The notes: generated by a model not told the origin, from the sequence alone. Shown: positions 19,985 through 32,381, numbered from the stretch's first letter. The stretch: DNA of 64,000 bases from an uncultured Chloroflexia bacterium (GCA_963751345.1 CAVVUS010000010.1:128001-192000), one strand, 5' to 3'. Numbers and translations are program-made.

Positions 19985-20407
19985 GTGCCGACGATTAACC
20001 AATTGGTGCGGAAGGGCCGGAAGCCAAAGGCACGGCAGCCGAAGTCTCCAGCACTCGCCTATAATGTGAATACCAAGCGGGGCGGCAGGCGTACACGTGT
20101 GAAGGAAGGCAACCCCCAAAAGCGGGGTGTCTGCACCATCGTGCGCACGACGACGCCGAAGAAGCCCAACTCTGCGCTGCGGAAGATCGCCCGTGTGCGG
20201 CTTTCCAATCGTCTCGAGGTCACGGCCTATATCCCCGGCGAGGGGCACAACCTTCAGGAGCACTCGGTCGTGCTGGTGCGTGGCGGGCGTGTAAAGGACC
20301 TTCCCGGTGTGCGCTACCACATTGTGCGTGGTGCGTTGGACTGTGCGGGTGTGAGCGGGCGCCATCAAAAGCGCTCCAAGTACGGCACCAAGTCCGAGCA
20401 GAAGTAG
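19985..20407 (+). CDS. rpsL: 30S ribosomal protein S12
   Basis: [20 protein letters not shown] and [10 protein letters not shown]. Confidence 0.99.
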   Translation: MPTINQLVRKGRKPKARQPKSPALAYNVNTKRGGRRTRVKEGNPQKRGVCTIVRTTTPKKPNSALRKIARVRLSNRLEVTAYIPGEGHNLQEHSVVLVRGGRVKDLPGVRYHIVRGALDCAGVSGRHQKRSKYGTKSEQK

Positions 20408-20424
20408 CGAGGATGGAGTAAAGT

Positions 20425-20895
20425 ATGTCAAGACGTAATCGTCCAGCTAGGCGAGTGGTTGAGCCCGATATTCGCTACAATAGCGTGCCCATGCAGAAGT
20501 TCATGAACCGGATGATGCGTGGCGGCAAGCGGAGCATAAGCCAGCGTATTATGTATGAAGCACTGGATCAGGCAGAGGCGCGCGCGAATAAGCCGGCAGT
20601 GGAGGTTTTCAACGAGGCGATGCAGAACGTGTTGCCCTCGGTCGAGGTGAAGCCCCGTCGTGTGGGTGGGGCGACCTATCAGATCCCGGTTGAGGTGCCC
20701 GAATACCGGCAGCTTGCACTGGCGATCCGCTGGTTGTTGGCGGCGGCGCGCAGCCGTCCGGGGCGGGGTATGGCCTCGAAACTGGCCGCGGAGTTTGTCG
20801 ATGCCGCGAATGGTGTCGGGTCTGCGGTAAAGAGGCGTGAGGACACGCTGAGGATGGCGGAAGCTAACCGAGCATTCGCCCACCTCCGCTGGTAA
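20425..20895 (+). CDS. rpsG: 30S ribosomal protein S7
   Basis: RRVGGATYQIP and MAEANRAFAH. Confidence 0.99.
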   Translation: MSRRNRPARRVVEPDIRYNSVPMQKFMNRMMRGGKRSISQRIMYEALDQAEARANKPAVEVFNEAMQNVLPSVEVKPRRVGGATYQIPVEVPEYRQLALAIRWLLAAARSRPGRGMASKLAAEFVDAANGVGSAVKRREDTLRMAEANRAFAHLRW

Positions 20896-20967
20896 GATTT
20901 TCTGCTCTTCAGCGGAGCAGTGAAGTCTGAGCGGGCTGTCGCGGGTAGCTGAAACTGAGATATAGCG

Positions 20968-23040
20968 ATGGCCGAAGCACATTCACTTGAGAATATACGC
21001 AACATCGGGATCATTGCCCACATCGATGCGGGCAAGACCACGACGACCGAACGGATCCTTTTCTACACGGGACGCACACATCGTCTCGGTAATGTGGATG
21101 AAGGTACCACGATTACCGATTGGATGGACCAAGAGAAGGAGCGCGGGATCACGATCACGTCTGCGGCTGTCACCTGTTTCTGGCACCGATGCCAGATCAA
21201 CATCGTTGACACGCCCGGACACATCGATTTTACCGCGGAGGTCCAGCGCAGCCTGCGGGTGCTCGACGGAGGCGTCGTAGTTTTCGACGGCACCGCCGGT
21301 GTGGAGCCTCAGTCCGAGACGGTATGGCGACAGGCCCAGGAGTTCAAAGTCCCTCTGATTGCGTTTGTGAACAAGATGGACAAGTTGGGAGCTGACTTTT
21401 CCTACGCCGTCCAGACGATTCACGAGCGCTTGAAGGCCAATCCCGTCCCCATCCAGTGGCCCATTGGGGCCGAGGGTGATTTCCGGGGAATGGTTGACCT
21501 GATTGAGTGGCGCGGCGTCTTCTGGTCCGACGAACTCGGCCAGACATCGGAGTTCGGTCCTATTCCGTCAGAGGTTGAGGAGAGGGCGCGAGAGGCCCGC
21601 GAGGCGATGATCGAGTCGATCGTCGAGACCGATGATGACCTGACCAATCGCTATCTGGAGGGTGAGGAGATCTCGGCTGACGAGTTACGCGTCGCACTTC
21701 GGGCCGCGGTGATCTCCGGGCAGATGCAGCCCGTGTTGTGTGGTTCTTCGCTACGAAACAAGGGCATTCAGCCCCTGTTGGATGCGATCGTTGATTACTT
21801 ACCCTCTCCATTGGATGTCCCGCCGATCACGGGGGAGAATCCAAAGAAGGAGCGGATTGAGGAGCGCCCAGCGGATCCATCGGCTCCGTTGGCAGCGCTG
21901 ATCTTTAAAATAGCTTCGGATCCTTATGCGGGACGTCTGGCGTACTTCCGGATCTATTCCGGCACGCTGACCCGCGGGAATGTCTACCTGAATGCAGGTA
22001 AGCAGATCCGGGAGCGTGTCACCAAGTTGCTGAGGATGTTTGCCGATCGCCGAGAGGAGGTCGACGAACTGATGGCCGGCGACATTGGGGCAACGGTAGG
22101 CCTGAAGAACACGGTCACCGGCGACACGCTCTCAGCGATGAACGCGCCGATTGTTCTGGAGCCGATCGTCTTTCCGGAACCGGTGATCGCAATCGCTGTG
22201 GAGCCCAAGACTGTGGCTGATCAGGATCATCTGGCGGAAGCGTTAGCGCGACTGGCGGAAGAAGATCCCACCTTTCAAGTCCAGATGGACGAAGGGACCG
22301 GCCAGACGATTCTGCGGGGCATGGGCGAGCTTCATCTGGAGATCCTGGTAGATCGAATGCTCCGGGAGTTTCGGGTTGAGGCAAATGTCGGTAAGCCACG
22401 CGTTGCGTATAAGGAAACGGTTACACAAACCGGTCGTTCTGAGGTAGTTTTCGATCGGATGTTGGCCGGTAAACCCCAGTATGCTCGGGTAGTGCTGGAA
22501 GTAAGCCCGGCAGAGGATGGGAAAGCATCCGGGTTTGTTAATCTACTGCGTCCGCAGGACCTGGCAGCTCAATTCGTTGAGTCTGTCAGAGCTGGGGCGC
22601 TAGAGTCGTTGGATAGTGGCTTGATTGCCGGATACCCGATGGTGGGTATCGAGATCCGGTTGGTAGATGCGAGTGCGGATCCGGTGTTGTCGTCAGAAGT
22701 CGCGTTTCGGGCTGCAGCAGCGCAGGCTTTTCGCCAGGCAGTCGAAGTCGCGCAGCCCGTGGTGTTGGAGCCGATGATGGATGTAGAGGTGGTGATGCCG
22801 GAAGGGTTCGTCGGTGAGGTACTCGGCGATCTGAACGCTAGAGGTGCCGAGATCAGACTGATGGAGCCCAGAGCCGGCGGTGGTCAGGCAATTCGGGCGT
22901 TTGCTCCCCTGGCCAGGATGTTTGGATATGCCACAGATCTGCGAAGTCTGACGCAAGGACGAGGTACATTCACGATGGAGTTTCACCATTACGAACCGGT
23001 GGACTCCCGGCAGATGGATGCCATCGTGTACGGCTATTGA
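20968..23040 (+). CDS. fusA: Elongation factor G family GTPase (divergent domain IV)
   Basis: [20 protein letters not shown] and NKMD motifs, in the str-operon position. Confidence 0.95.
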   Translation: MAEAHSLENIRNIGIIAHIDAGKTTTTERILFYTGRTHRLGNVDEGTTITDWMDQEKERGITITSAAVTCFWHRCQINIVDTPGHIDFTAEVQRSLRVLDGGVVVFDGTAGVEPQSETVWRQAQEFKVPLIAFVNKMDKLGADFSYAVQTIHERLKANPVPIQWPIGAEGDFRGMVDLIEWRGVFWSDELGQTSEFGPIPSEVEERAREAREAMIESIVETDDDLTNRYLEGEEISADELRVALRAAVISGQMQPVLCGSSLRNKGIQPLLDAIVDYLPSPLDVPPITGENPKKERIEERPADPSAPLAALIFKIASDPYAGRLAYFRIYSGTLTRGNVYLNAGKQIRERVTKLLRMFADRREEVDELMAGDIGATVGLKNTVTGDTLSAMNAPIVLEPIVFPEPVIAIAVEPKTVADQDHLAEALARLAEEDPTFQVQMDEGTGQTILRGMGELHLEILVDRMLREFRVEANVGKPRVAYKETVTQTGRSEVVFDRMLAGKPQYARVVLEVSPAEDGKASGFVNLLRPQDLAAQFVESVRAGALESLDSGLIAGYPMVGIEIRLVDASADPVLSSEVAFRAAAAQAFRQAVEVAQPVVLEPMMDVEVVMPEGFVGEVLGDLNARGAEIRLMEPRAGGGQAIRAFAPLARMFGYATDLRSLTQGRGTFTMEFHHYEPVDSRQMDAIVYGY

Positions 23041-23141
23041 GCCTGAGTGCACGGGCGTATAAGTGTCAGCTATGCTGACATAGAATTGATCACTAAGAGT
23101 ACACAGAACTAATCTGTAAGCAGAGTAAGGAGAGGCAAGCA

Positions 23142-24362
<1,221 letters not shown>

Positions 24363-24388
24363 GACGAGGGAGCCCTACAGGTTGGTTT

Positions 24389-24697
24389 ATGGCTAAACAA
24401 CGAATTCGCATTCGGTTGAAGGGATACGATCATCGCATTCTGGACGAGTCTGCCCGGCGGATCGTAGAGGCTGCTGAGCGCACGGGTGCTCATGTTGCAG
24501 GTCCGGTGCCCCTGCCCACAAGAATCGAGCGGTTCACCGTTCGACGTTCTCCATTCATCGATAAGGACACGCACGAGCATTTCGAGATTCGTACACACAA
24601 GCGTTTGATCGATATCCAGGATCCGGATTCGAAGACGATTGACACGCTGATGCGACTCAATATGCCGGCCGGTGTGGATATCGAGATCAAACTGTAG
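24389..24697 (+). CDS. rpsJ: 30S ribosomal protein S10
   Basis: [10 protein letters not shown] and GPVPLPT. Confidence 0.99.
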   Translation: MAKQRIRIRLKGYDHRILDESARRIVEAAERTGAHVAGPVPLPTRIERFTVRRSPFIDKDTHEHFEIRTHKRLIDIQDPDSKTIDTLMRLNMPAGVDIEIKL

Positions 24698-24924
24698 TCT
24701 GATCTGGTTCGCGGCAGGCCAGGGTTCGTTAAGTCTGTCGTAGTCTGATTAACCGCCCCCTGGTTATCGGCTCACCGAGCACGTCGAGCTGATGGCCAGG
24801 GGGGTGGTGTCGAAGAAACTGGGATGATGCGGCGTGTCAAGGGTACGGTACGCGGGCCCAAAGGTAGCGTAGATGAAGGGCCCCGGTGACTGCGCTCGAG
24901 CGTTGGCAGTCCCAAGGAGGAATC

Positions 24925-25575
24925 GTGAAAGGTATTTTAGGACGAAAGGTTGGAATGACCCAGATCTTCCGGGAAGACGGCACGGTTGTGCCGGTCACCG
25001 TCGTAGAGGCCGGGCCATGCTATGTGACGCAACTTCGTCTGCCCGAACGTGATGGGTATCGGGCAGTGCAGCTTGGCTATGGTACCGCCAAGGCGAAGCA
25101 TTTGACCCGGGGGCAGATGGGGCATCTTGAGCGCGCCGGGACACCGCAATTGCGTTACCTGCGCGAAGTGCGTACTCGCGAAGATGATGAGCAATACGAG
25201 ATCGGTCAGCGGATCCTTGCTGACATCTTTGCACCTGGCGAGCGCGTCGATATCGAAGGGCGCTCCAAGGGACGCGGATTTGCCGGTGTCGTGAAGCGCT
25301 ACCATTTCGCGGGTGGCCCGCGGACCCACGGTCAATCCGACCGCGAGCGCGCGCCGGGCTCCATTGGCGCCTGCGCAACACCGGGCAAGGTTTGGAAGGG
25401 CCAGAAGATGCCTGGGCAGATGGGAAACAAGAGGACCACTGTTCAGAATCTAGAGGTCGTGTTGGTTGACCCGGAGCGAAACCTCCTGGCTGTGCGCGGC
25501 TCTGTGCCGGGGCCCAAAGGCGCTCTAGTCTTGGTCAAGGGCGCCCGTAAGCAACGGGTCTACAAAGGAGGCTAG
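24925..25575 (+). CDS. rplC: 50S ribosomal protein L3
   Basis: [11 protein letters not shown] start after AGGAGG. Confidence 0.98.
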   Translation: MKGILGRKVGMTQIFREDGTVVPVTVVEAGPCYVTQLRLPERDGYRAVQLGYGTAKAKHLTRGQMGHLERAGTPQLRYLREVRTREDDEQYEIGQRILADIFAPGERVDIEGRSKGRGFAGVVKRYHFAGGPRTHGQSDRERAPGSIGACATPGKVWKGQKMPGQMGNKRTTVQNLEVVLVDPERNLLAVRGSVPGPKGALVLVKGARKQRVYKGG

Positions 25576-25577
25576 CG

Positions 25578-26255
25578 ATGCTCGTTCCCGTTATCAATAT
25601 GCAGGGAGAGAAGGTCAGTGAGGTCGAACTGCGATCAGAGATCTTCGAAGCCTCGGTAAATGTTCCATTGATCCACCAGGCGCTGGTACGTCAGTTGGCT
25701 AATGCGCGCCTGGGAACTCACAGCACAAAGACGCGCAGTGAGAACAACCGGACAAAGGCCAAGTGGTATCGGCAGAAGGGCACCGGTCGTGCCCGGCACG
25801 GAAGCCGCAATGCGCCGATTTTCGTCGGCGGTGGTATTGCGCACGGGCCGAAGCCGCGGAGCTACGCTAAGAAGATGCCCAAGAAGATGCGGCGTGCCGC
25901 GTTGCGCTCAGCGTTGTCCGCGAAGGCGGCTGAGCAGCAGGTGATCATTTTGGACGAGCTGAAGATGGCAGGCCCGAAGACGAAGGAGATGGCGGGGACG
26001 TTGCGCCTGATCTCCCCCAATGAGGGCAAGACGCTGATCCTGCTGGCCGAACGCAATACTCCGGTCGAGTTGTCGGTGCGAAACCTGCCCACAGCTAAGG
26101 CGCTCCGGGCGCAATACTTGAATATTCGTGACCTTCTGGACTTCGATACCCTGGTGATGCCGTTGGCGTCGCTCGAGACCATCGAATCACTTCTGGGCAC
26201 GGGGAGATCCCGGTCTGTTGGGGCGGATCTCCAATCCGCCGGGGTCGAGGAGTAA
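25578..26255 (+). CDS. rplD: 50S ribosomal protein L4
   Basis: RQKGTGRARHGS. Confidence 0.98.
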   Translation: MLVPVINMQGEKVSEVELRSEIFEASVNVPLIHQALVRQLANARLGTHSTKTRSENNRTKAKWYRQKGTGRARHGSRNAPIFVGGGIAHGPKPRSYAKKMPKKMRRAALRSALSAKAAEQQVIILDELKMAGPKTKEMAGTLRLISPNEGKTLILLAERNTPVELSVRNLPTAKALRAQYLNIRDLLDFDTLVMPLASLETIESLLGTGRSRSVGADLQSAGVEE

Positions 26256-26261
26256 GGTCTG

Positions 26262-26549
26262 ATGCATAGCTACGATATTATCGTGCGACCACTGGAAACT
26301 GAGAAGTCCTACACTCTGCGAGAGCAGGGGAAGTACGTTTTCATTGTTCACGTGAACGCAAACAAGCTTGAGGTAAAGCGTGCGGTCGAGGAGATCTACG
26401 GTGTGAACGTCGATCGCGTGCGGACGATGATTATGCCCGGCAAGGTCAACAAGACGCGGGGCCGACGTGCGATAAAGCGGCGCGCTCCTTGGAAGAAGGC
26501 GATCGTGACGTTGGTCAGTGGCGGCCGGATTGAGGCATTGGAGGCGTAG
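26262..26549 (+). CDS. rplW: 50S ribosomal protein L23
   Basis: TEKS, ANKLEVK and WKKAIV. Confidence 0.97.
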   Translation: MHSYDIIVRPLETEKSYTLREQGKYVFIVHVNANKLEVKRAVEEIYGVNVDRVRTMIMPGKVNKTRGRRAIKRRAPWKKAIVTLVSGGRIEALEA

Positions 26550-26550
26550 G

Positions 26551-27399
26551 ATGGCGATTAAGAAGTTCAATCCAACGTCCCCCGGTCGGCGCCATATGAC
26601 CGGACAGACGTTCGATGATGTTACACGCACCGAGCCGGAGAAGAGCCTGTTGCGCCCGCTGAATAAGCAGGCGGGTCGCAACTCATACGGACGCATCACC
26701 GTGCGACACCGCGGTGGCGGCCATGCTCGGAAATACCGGGTCATCGATTTCAAGCGGGACAAGCACGATATTCCTGCGCGAGTCGACTCGATCGAATACG
26801 ATCCGAATCGCTCTGCTCGAATCGCTCTGTTGGTCTATTCGGATGGTGAGAAGCGTTACATCCTCGCGCCCTTGGGGCTGAAGGTCGATGATAAGGTTCT
26901 CAGTTCCAGAGACGAAGCCGAGGTCCGCGTGGGCAATGCCCTGCCCCTCGATCGAATCCCGATGGGAACTCTCGTGCACAACGTCGAACTTCATCCGGGA
27001 CGCGGTGGTCAGATGGTGCGTGCGGCGGGCTCTGCGGCGCAGTTGATGGCGAGGGAGGGCGATTACGTATCGCTCCGTCTGCCGAGCGGCGAAATTCGGC
27101 TGGTCCGCAAGGTCTGCATGGCCACGATAGGCCAGGTCGGCAATCTGGACCATGCGAATGTGAAACTTGGTAAGGCCGGTCGGAAGCGATGGTTGGGATG
27201 GCGCCCTGCGGTTCGTGGCTCGGCGATGTCGCCGCGCGATCATCCGCACGGTGGTGGGGAAGGTCGTACGCCCATTGGTATGCCCGGGCCGAAGTCGCCT
27301 TGGGGTTGGCGTACACTGGGTAGAAAGACCCGCCACAATAAGGATACGGATAAGTACATCGTTCGGCGGCGTCAATCCGGCTCGCGCCGGCGCCGCTAG
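26551..27399 (+). CDS. rplB: 50S ribosomal protein L2
   Basis: IEYDPNRSA and DHPHGGGEG. Confidence 0.99.
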   Translation: MAIKKFNPTSPGRRHMTGQTFDDVTRTEPEKSLLRPLNKQAGRNSYGRITVRHRGGGHARKYRVIDFKRDKHDIPARVDSIEYDPNRSARIALLVYSDGEKRYILAPLGLKVDDKVLSSRDEAEVRVGNALPLDRIPMGTLVHNVELHPGRGGQMVRAAGSAAQLMAREGDYVSLRLPSGEIRLVRKVCMATIGQVGNLDHANVKLGKAGRKRWLGWRPAVRGSAMSPRDHPHGGGEGRTPIGMPGPKSPWGWRTLGRKTRHNKDTDKYIVRRRQSGSRRRR

Positions 27400-27416
27400 T
27401 AAGGGAGGAAGTCGTT

Positions 27417-27704
27417 ATGTCGCGTTCCTTGAAAAAAGGGCCGTACGTCGAACCAAAGCTGTTGCAGAAGATCGAGGAAATGAACCGGACCGGCAACAAG
27501 CGAGTGATTCGTACGTGGTCGAGGGCCTCCGTGATCTTCCCGCAGATGGTTGGGCACACACTGGCTGTTCACGACGGACGCCGACACGTGCCGATCTATG
27601 TGACGGAGAACATGGTGGGACATCGACTGGGTGAGTTTGCGCCGACCAGGACCTTCCGTGGCCACGTGGCCAGGGAGAAGAAGGTCCGAGTCATGGTGAG
27701 GTAA
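27417..27704 (+). CDS. rpsS: 30S ribosomal protein S19
   Basis: MSRSLKKGP and [11 protein letters not shown]. Confidence 0.99.
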   Translation: MSRSLKKGPYVEPKLLQKIEEMNRTGNKRVIRTWSRASVIFPQMVGHTLAVHDGRRHVPIYVTENMVGHRLGEFAPTRTFRGHVAREKKVRVMVR

Positions 27705-27708
27705 GGCG

Positions 27709-28065
27709 ATGCCAGAGACAGCTCGAGCAACAGCTAGATTTATCCCTATGTCACCTCTGAAGGTGCGCCACGTGATTGACGCTCTCAGGGGAATGGCTGC
27801 GCAGGACGCAATGGTCGCCCTGGATGCGATGCCTCATGCGGCTGCTATGCCCGTCTCAAAGCTGATCCGATCGGCAGTCGCCAATGCCGATGAGATGGGT
27901 CTCGATATCAACAGCCTGTATGTCGCAAGAATCGCAGCCGATGATGGCCCAGGCGTGATGCCTGGAAAAGGTTGGCGTGCACGGTGGGGAAGCCGGGGAC
28001 GGTACCGCCCTATTCGCAAGCGCTCGTCCCATATCTCGGTCGTTCTTGAAGAGCGGCTGGATTAA
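27709..28065 (+). CDS. rplV: 50S ribosomal protein L22 (loop insertion)
   Basis: SPLKVR, SAVANA and KRSSHI, plus gene order. Confidence 0.95.
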   Translation: MPETARATARFIPMSPLKVRHVIDALRGMAAQDAMVALDAMPHAAAMPVSKLIRSAVANADEMGLDINSLYVARIAADDGPGVMPGKGWRARWGSRGRYRPIRKRSSHISVVLEERLD

Positions 28066-28085
28066 CTGGTGTAAGGAGGCTTATC

Positions 28086-28769
28086 TTGGGACGCAAAGTA
28101 CATCCCTATGGTTTCCGTTTGAAGGTTATCCGGGACTGGAAGTCTCGGTGGTTTGCACAGGGTCGTGAGTACGCGGATCTACTGAATGAAGACCGAAAGA
28201 TCCGCAGTCTTATCACGCAACTGATGACTGAACGGTCTCGCGATGGGCAGAGCGGCATCTCCCGCGTCGAGATCGAGCGTTTTCCGCCGAATCAGGTCTC
28301 GGTCATCGTCTGGACATCGCGTCCCGGCGTTGTGATCGGCAGGAAAGGCGAGAACGTCAAGGCCATGCGCAAGGAAGTTGAGGATCTGACAGGTGGGAAG
28401 CGTGTGCACATTGACGTGCAAGAGGTCGAGCAGCCGGATCTCGATGCGAAGCTGGTTGCCGAGAATATCGTTGCTCAGTTAGAGAAGCGTATCTACCACA
28501 ACCGCGCGATGAAGCGGGCGCTGCGGCAGGCAATGCGGGCTGGGGCCGAGGGCATTAAGGTGATGTGCAGTGGGCGTTTGTCGGGTTCGGAAATGGCCCG
28601 GCGAACGTGGATGCGGGATGGCCGGGTGCCCCTGCAGACGCTACGTGCTGACATCGACTATGCTCAGGAAGAGGCCCGAACCTCCTACGGGCGCATCGGG
28701 GTCAAGGTTTGGATCTACAAGGGCGAAGTACTGCCCCAGGTGTCCGCTGCCCTCGAAGAGGCGCACTAA
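28086..28769 (+). CDS. rpsC: 30S ribosomal protein S3
   Basis: [11 protein letters not shown] and [13 protein letters not shown]. Confidence 0.99.
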   Translation: MGRKVHPYGFRLKVIRDWKSRWFAQGREYADLLNEDRKIRSLITQLMTERSRDGQSGISRVEIERFPPNQVSVIVWTSRPGVVIGRKGENVKAMRKEVEDLTGGKRVHIDVQEVEQPDLDAKLVAENIVAQLEKRIYHNRAMKRALRQAMRAGAEGIKVMCSGRLSGSEMARRTWMRDGRVPLQTLRADIDYAQEEARTSYGRIGVKVWIYKGEVLPQVSAALEEAH

Positions 28770-28800
28770 TCTGCCGGTTCTTGGGTAAGGAGATCGAGCT

Positions 28801-29232
28801 ATGTTGATGCCGAAACGCATGAAATATCGTAAGCAGCATCGTGGGCGAATGAAGGGTATGGCTGGCCGAGGCGTAAGCGTCGATTTCGGCGACTTCGGGC
28901 TGCAGGCCCTTGAGCCCTGCTGGATGTCCGCGCGGCAGATCGAGGCAGCACGGCGCACGATTGTGCGTCATATGCGTCGTCGCGGCAAGTACTGGGTTCG
29001 CATTTTCCCGGACAAGCCCATCACCTCAAAACCTGCAGAGACGCGCATGGGCAAGGGGAAGGGCGATGTGGACTATTGGGCGGCGGTAATCCGACCTGGT
29101 CGTGTGTTGTTTGAGGTCGGGGGTGTGCCGGAGGATATTGCGCAAGAGGCGCTGCGTCTGGCTGCCTACAAGCTGCCCATCAGGACCCAGGTTATCACCC
29201 GTATCGAATACGGTGGCGGAGCAGGAGCGTAG
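28801..29232 (+). CDS. rplP: 50S ribosomal protein L16
   Basis: RMGKGKG. Confidence 0.99.
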   Translation: MLMPKRMKYRKQHRGRMKGMAGRGVSVDFGDFGLQALEPCWMSARQIEAARRTIVRHMRRRGKYWVRIFPDKPITSKPAETRMGKGKGDVDYWAAVIRPGRVLFEVGGVPEDIAQEALRLAAYKLPIRTQVITRIEYGGGAGA

Positions 29233-29234
29233 GC

Positions 29235-29480
29235 ATGCGCACGAGTGAGATTAGAAGCATCGCATCTGACGAACTACGCACCCGCTTGCAGGAAACCCGC
29301 CGTGAGTTGTTTAATCTGCGTCAGCAATGGTATGCCGGCAGCTTGCAGGATCACAATCGACTAAGTGCTGTCCGCAAGGATATCGCCCGTATCCTGACGG
29401 TCCTGCGTGAGCGAGACCTGGTCGCGGAAGCCGCAGAAGCTGCGGAAGCTGCAGAAAAAGAAGAAGGAGCGGCGGTATGA
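29235..29480 (+). CDS. rpmC: 50S ribosomal protein L29 with an AEA-repeat tail
   Basis: ELFNLR and RKDIARILT. Confidence 0.95.
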   Translation: MRTSEIRSIASDELRTRLQETRRELFNLRQQWYAGSLQDHNRLSAVRKDIARILTVLRERDLVAEAAEAAEAAEKEEGAAV

Positions 29481-29728
29481 GGGAGCGACGAAAACGACTG
29501 GTCGGCATCGTGACCAGCGACAAGATGGACAAGACCGTGGTTGTGACTGTTGAGCGACGATATCGCCACTCGCTTTATGAGAAGGTAATCCGCTCGGCGA
29601 AGAAGTATGCGGCGCATGATGAGCGCAACGACTGCCGCGTGGGTGATAAGGTCCAGATCGTGGAATCACGCCCATACAGCCGTCGGAAGCGTTGGGCTGT
29701 CGAGGAGATTCTGGAGCGCGCCGCGTAG
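29477..29728 (+). CDS. rpsQ: 30S ribosomal protein S17
   Basis: SDKMDKTVVV and ESRP. Confidence 0.98.
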   Translation: MRERRKRLVGIVTSDKMDKTVVVTVERRYRHSLYEKVIRSAKKYAAHDERNDCRVGDKVQIVESRPYSRRKRWAVEEILERAA

Positions 29729-29750
29729 CCGGCTGTGAGGGAGTCGTCCA

Positions 29751-30122
29751 ATGATCCAACGAGAATCGCGGTTAAAGGTAGCTGACAATACGGGGGCCCA
29801 GGAGCTGTTGTGTATCCGGGTGCTGGGCGGATCACGGCGTCGCTATGGCTACGTCGGGGATTCGATCGTCGCCACGGTCAAGGCGGCTACTCCGACCTCC
29901 TCTGTGAAAAAAGGTGAAGTTGTTCGCGCTGTTATTGTGCGTGTCGCCAAAGAGTATCGTCGCCCGGATGGTTCTTACATCCGTTTTGACGATAACGCCG
30001 CGGTCATCCTAGATACGGCCGGGTTGAATCCGCGGGGTACGCGCATCTTCGGGCCTGTCGCTCGCGAACTGCGAGAGCGCGGCTTTATGAAGATCGTGTC
30101 GCTGGCGCCGGAAGTCCTATAG
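29751..30122 (+). CDS. rplN: 50S ribosomal protein L14
   Basis: VADNTGA and SLAPEVL. Confidence 0.99.
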   Translation: MIQRESRLKVADNTGAQELLCIRVLGGSRRRYGYVGDSIVATVKAATPTSSVKKGEVVRAVIVRVAKEYRRPDGSYIRFDDNAAVILDTAGLNPRGTRIFGPVARELRERGFMKIVSLAPEVL

Positions 30123-30145
30123 TGCCGGTGATGAGGAACTGAGAA

Positions 30146-30466
30146 ATGAATCGGATAAGGAAAGGCGACACAGTCGAAGTTATTGCAGGCGATGACATCG
30201 GCGTTCGCGGAGAAGTCCTGCGCGTATCGGTGAAGGATAACCGGGTTGTAGTGTCGAGCGTCAACATGGCCATCAAGCATCAGGATGCACAGCGGGCCGG
30301 ACGTTCGCAGGTACAGGGCGGACGGGTCCAGTTTGAGGCGCCGCTGGATCTCTCGAATGTGATGCCGGTTTGCCCTGCTTGTGGTCAGGCAACCCGTGTA
30401 GGATTCGGAGAGGTCGATGGCCGCAAGGCGCGAATCTGTCGCAAGTGCGGCGAGGTGATGGATTAA
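30146..30466 (+). CDS. rplX: 50S ribosomal protein L24
   Basis: [13 protein letters not shown] motif. Confidence 0.97.
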   Translation: MNRIRKGDTVEVIAGDDIGVRGEVLRVSVKDNRVVVSSVNMAIKHQDAQRAGRSQVQGGRVQFEAPLDLSNVMPVCPACGQATRVGFGEVDGRKARICRKCGEVMD

Positions 30467-30470
30467 GGAG

Positions 30471-31016
30471 ATGGGGACTATGCAACGGTTAGCGAAGCAA
30501 TACCGTGAGGAGATCACGCGGGCTCTTACTGAAGAGTTCGGGTATGAGAATGCGATGCAGGTTCCCCGGATCCGGAAGGTTGTGGTTAACGTCGGTGTTG
30601 GTGAGGCTTTGGACAATCCAAAGGCTCTCGAATACGTGGTTAACGATCTACGGATCGTGACTGGGCAACAGCCGGTGATCACCCGCGCGCGTAGGTCAAT
30701 CGCGAACTTCAAGTTGCGGGCCGGACGCACCATCGGCGCCAAAGTCACGCTTCGTGGCGCCCGTATGTGGGCGTTCTTGGATCGGTTGATCAGCATCGCC
30801 CTGCCCCGCACTCGTGACTTCCGTGGCGTTCCGGACAAGCTGGACGGCCGTGGAAATTACACGCTGGGGTTGCGTGAGCAGCTCCTCTTCCCTGAGATAG
30901 AGTACGACAAGATCGATAAGATCCGGGGGATGGAGATTTCGATCAATACGACGGCTGAGACCGACGAGGAAGCCCGGCGTCTTCTGGAACTGCTGGGGTT
31001 GCCGTTTGAGCACTAG
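30471..31016 (+). CDS. rplE: 50S ribosomal protein L5
   Basis: KVTLRG and DGRGNYTLG. Confidence 0.99.
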   Translation: MGTMQRLAKQYREEITRALTEEFGYENAMQVPRIRKVVVNVGVGEALDNPKALEYVVNDLRIVTGQQPVITRARRSIANFKLRAGRTIGAKVTLRGARMWAFLDRLISIALPRTRDFRGVPDKLDGRGNYTLGLREQLLFPEIEYDKIDKIRGMEISINTTAETDEEARRLLELLGLPFEH

Positions 31017-31080
31017 AGACAGTGTATCTCGGGGCTAGTGTCGCCCCGAGATCCGTGGAGTTCTGAACAAGGAGTAAGGT

Positions 31081-31263
31081 ATGGCAAAGACTTGTATGCC
31101 AATTCGCGAAACCCGGCGCAAATTCGATGTGAGAGTGCGGAATCGGTGTTCTCGCTGTGGTCGTCCGCGGGGATACTACCGTCGGTTTGGCTTGTGCCGG
31201 ATTTGCGTCCGAGAACTGGCCTTGGAGGGGAAGATCCCCGGCATGGTCAAGTCCAGTTGGTAA
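31081..31263 (+). CDS. rpsN: 30S ribosomal protein S14, Zn-binding type
   Basis: RCSRCGRPR...LCRIC. Confidence 0.97.
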   Translation: MAKTCMPIRETRRKFDVRVRNRCSRCGRPRGYYRRFGLCRICVRELALEGKIPGMVKSSW

Positions 31264-31275
31264 TGAGGTGCTAGG

Positions 31276-31686
31276 ATGACAACATCAGATCCGATTGCCG
31301 ATATGCTAGCACGTGTGCGTAATGCCTTGATGGCAGGTCATGCGACGGTCTCAATGCCTTCATCCAAGATGAAGGTAGCGATCGCCAGGATACTGCAGGA
31401 TGAGGGCTACATCAGCAACTACCACACGACCACTGACGAGAAATCGTTTCAGGCGCTGGTATTGGAACTCAAGTACGTTGGCGATATGAAACACCAGCGC
31501 GCCGTGATCACGGAGTTGAAGCGCGTCAGTAAGCCTGGGCGCCGCATCTATACGTCCGTCCGGGAAATCCCGTGGGTTCGCAGTGGAATGGGGATTGCTG
31601 TTCTTTCCACGCCCAAAGGGGTGATCACCGGGCAGCAGGCACGTCGCCTCAACGTGGGTGGCGAAGTCCTGTGCTACGTGTGGTAG
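31276..31686 (+). CDS. rpsH: 30S ribosomal protein S8
   Basis: [15 protein letters not shown] and GGEVLCYVW. Confidence 0.99.
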   Translation: MTTSDPIADMLARVRNALMAGHATVSMPSSKMKVAIARILQDEGYISNYHTTTDEKSFQALVLELKYVGDMKHQRAVITELKRVSKPGRRIYTSVREIPWVRSGMGIAVLSTPKGVITGQQARRLNVGGEVLCYVW

Positions 31687-31712
31687 ACGGGGCTCCGCCC
31701 GCGGTGGGCGCA

Positions 31713-31777
31713 AGCCCCAATAGTGGGGCCGTAGTAGCTCCGATACGTGGGGCCGTAGCCCCAATAGTGGGGCCGTG
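31713..31777. repeat. Three tandem mini-hairpin units of about 21 bp between rpsH and rplF
   Basis: agccccaatagtggggccgt occurs twice, with the variant agctccgatacgtggggccgt between them. Confidence 0.75.
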
Positions 31778-31792
31778 ATAGGGAGGTAAACA

Positions 31793-32338
31793 GTGTCTCG
31801 AATAGGAAAGATGCCGGTTCCGATCCCTGCTGGGGTCGAGGTATCAATCGAGGGAAATACGGTCACCGTGCAAGGTCCCAAGGGGACAATGTCGTGGGAC
31901 TTTCATCCTGAGATGATCGTCAGCCTCGATGAGGGTACGCTGCTCGTAAAGCGGCCGAACGATGAGCGGTTCTTCAGAGCGCTCCACGGCCTGACGCGTG
32001 CACTTATCAACAACATGGTTACTGGGGTTACTGAGGGGTTCAGCAAGATACTGGAGATTCGCGGTACCGGTTATCGTGCAGAACTCCAGGGCGCCAATCT
32101 GGTAATGAATCTCGGGTTCTCGCATTCCGTGGTGGTCAAGCCACCTGAGGGAATCGAGTTTGAGACTAATCCGCGTGCCAGCACGGTTACCGTGAAGGGA
32201 TACGACAAGGAAATGGTCGGGCGCATTGCGGCTGAGATTCGCGCTTGGCGCCCTGTTGAGCCCTATCTGGGCAAAGGTATCCGATATCAGGGCGAGGTCG
32301 TGCGGCGCAAGGCCGGGAAGACCGGGCAGGCTATCTAG
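31793..32338 (+). CDS. rplF: 50S ribosomal protein L6
   Basis: SRIGK and EPYLGKGIRY. Confidence 0.99.
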   Translation: MSRIGKMPVPIPAGVEVSIEGNTVTVQGPKGTMSWDFHPEMIVSLDEGTLLVKRPNDERFFRALHGLTRALINNMVTGVTEGFSKILEIRGTGYRAELQGANLVMNLGFSHSVVVKPPEGIEFETNPRASTVTVKGYDKEMVGRIAAEIRAWRPVEPYLGKGIRYQGEVVRRKAGKTGQAI

Positions 32339-32381
32339 CCTTGGTCTCTGTTGAGAACGTGGTACTGAGGGTGTGAAGATA

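Noticed and set aside
29424-29465. 9-bp repeat encoding AEAAEAAEAAE in the L29 tail
   Set aside because: A low-complexity C-terminal extension of the kind common in ribosomal proteins.
31713-31777. Mini CRISPR array
   Set aside because: The units abut with no unique spacers and no cas genes are present.
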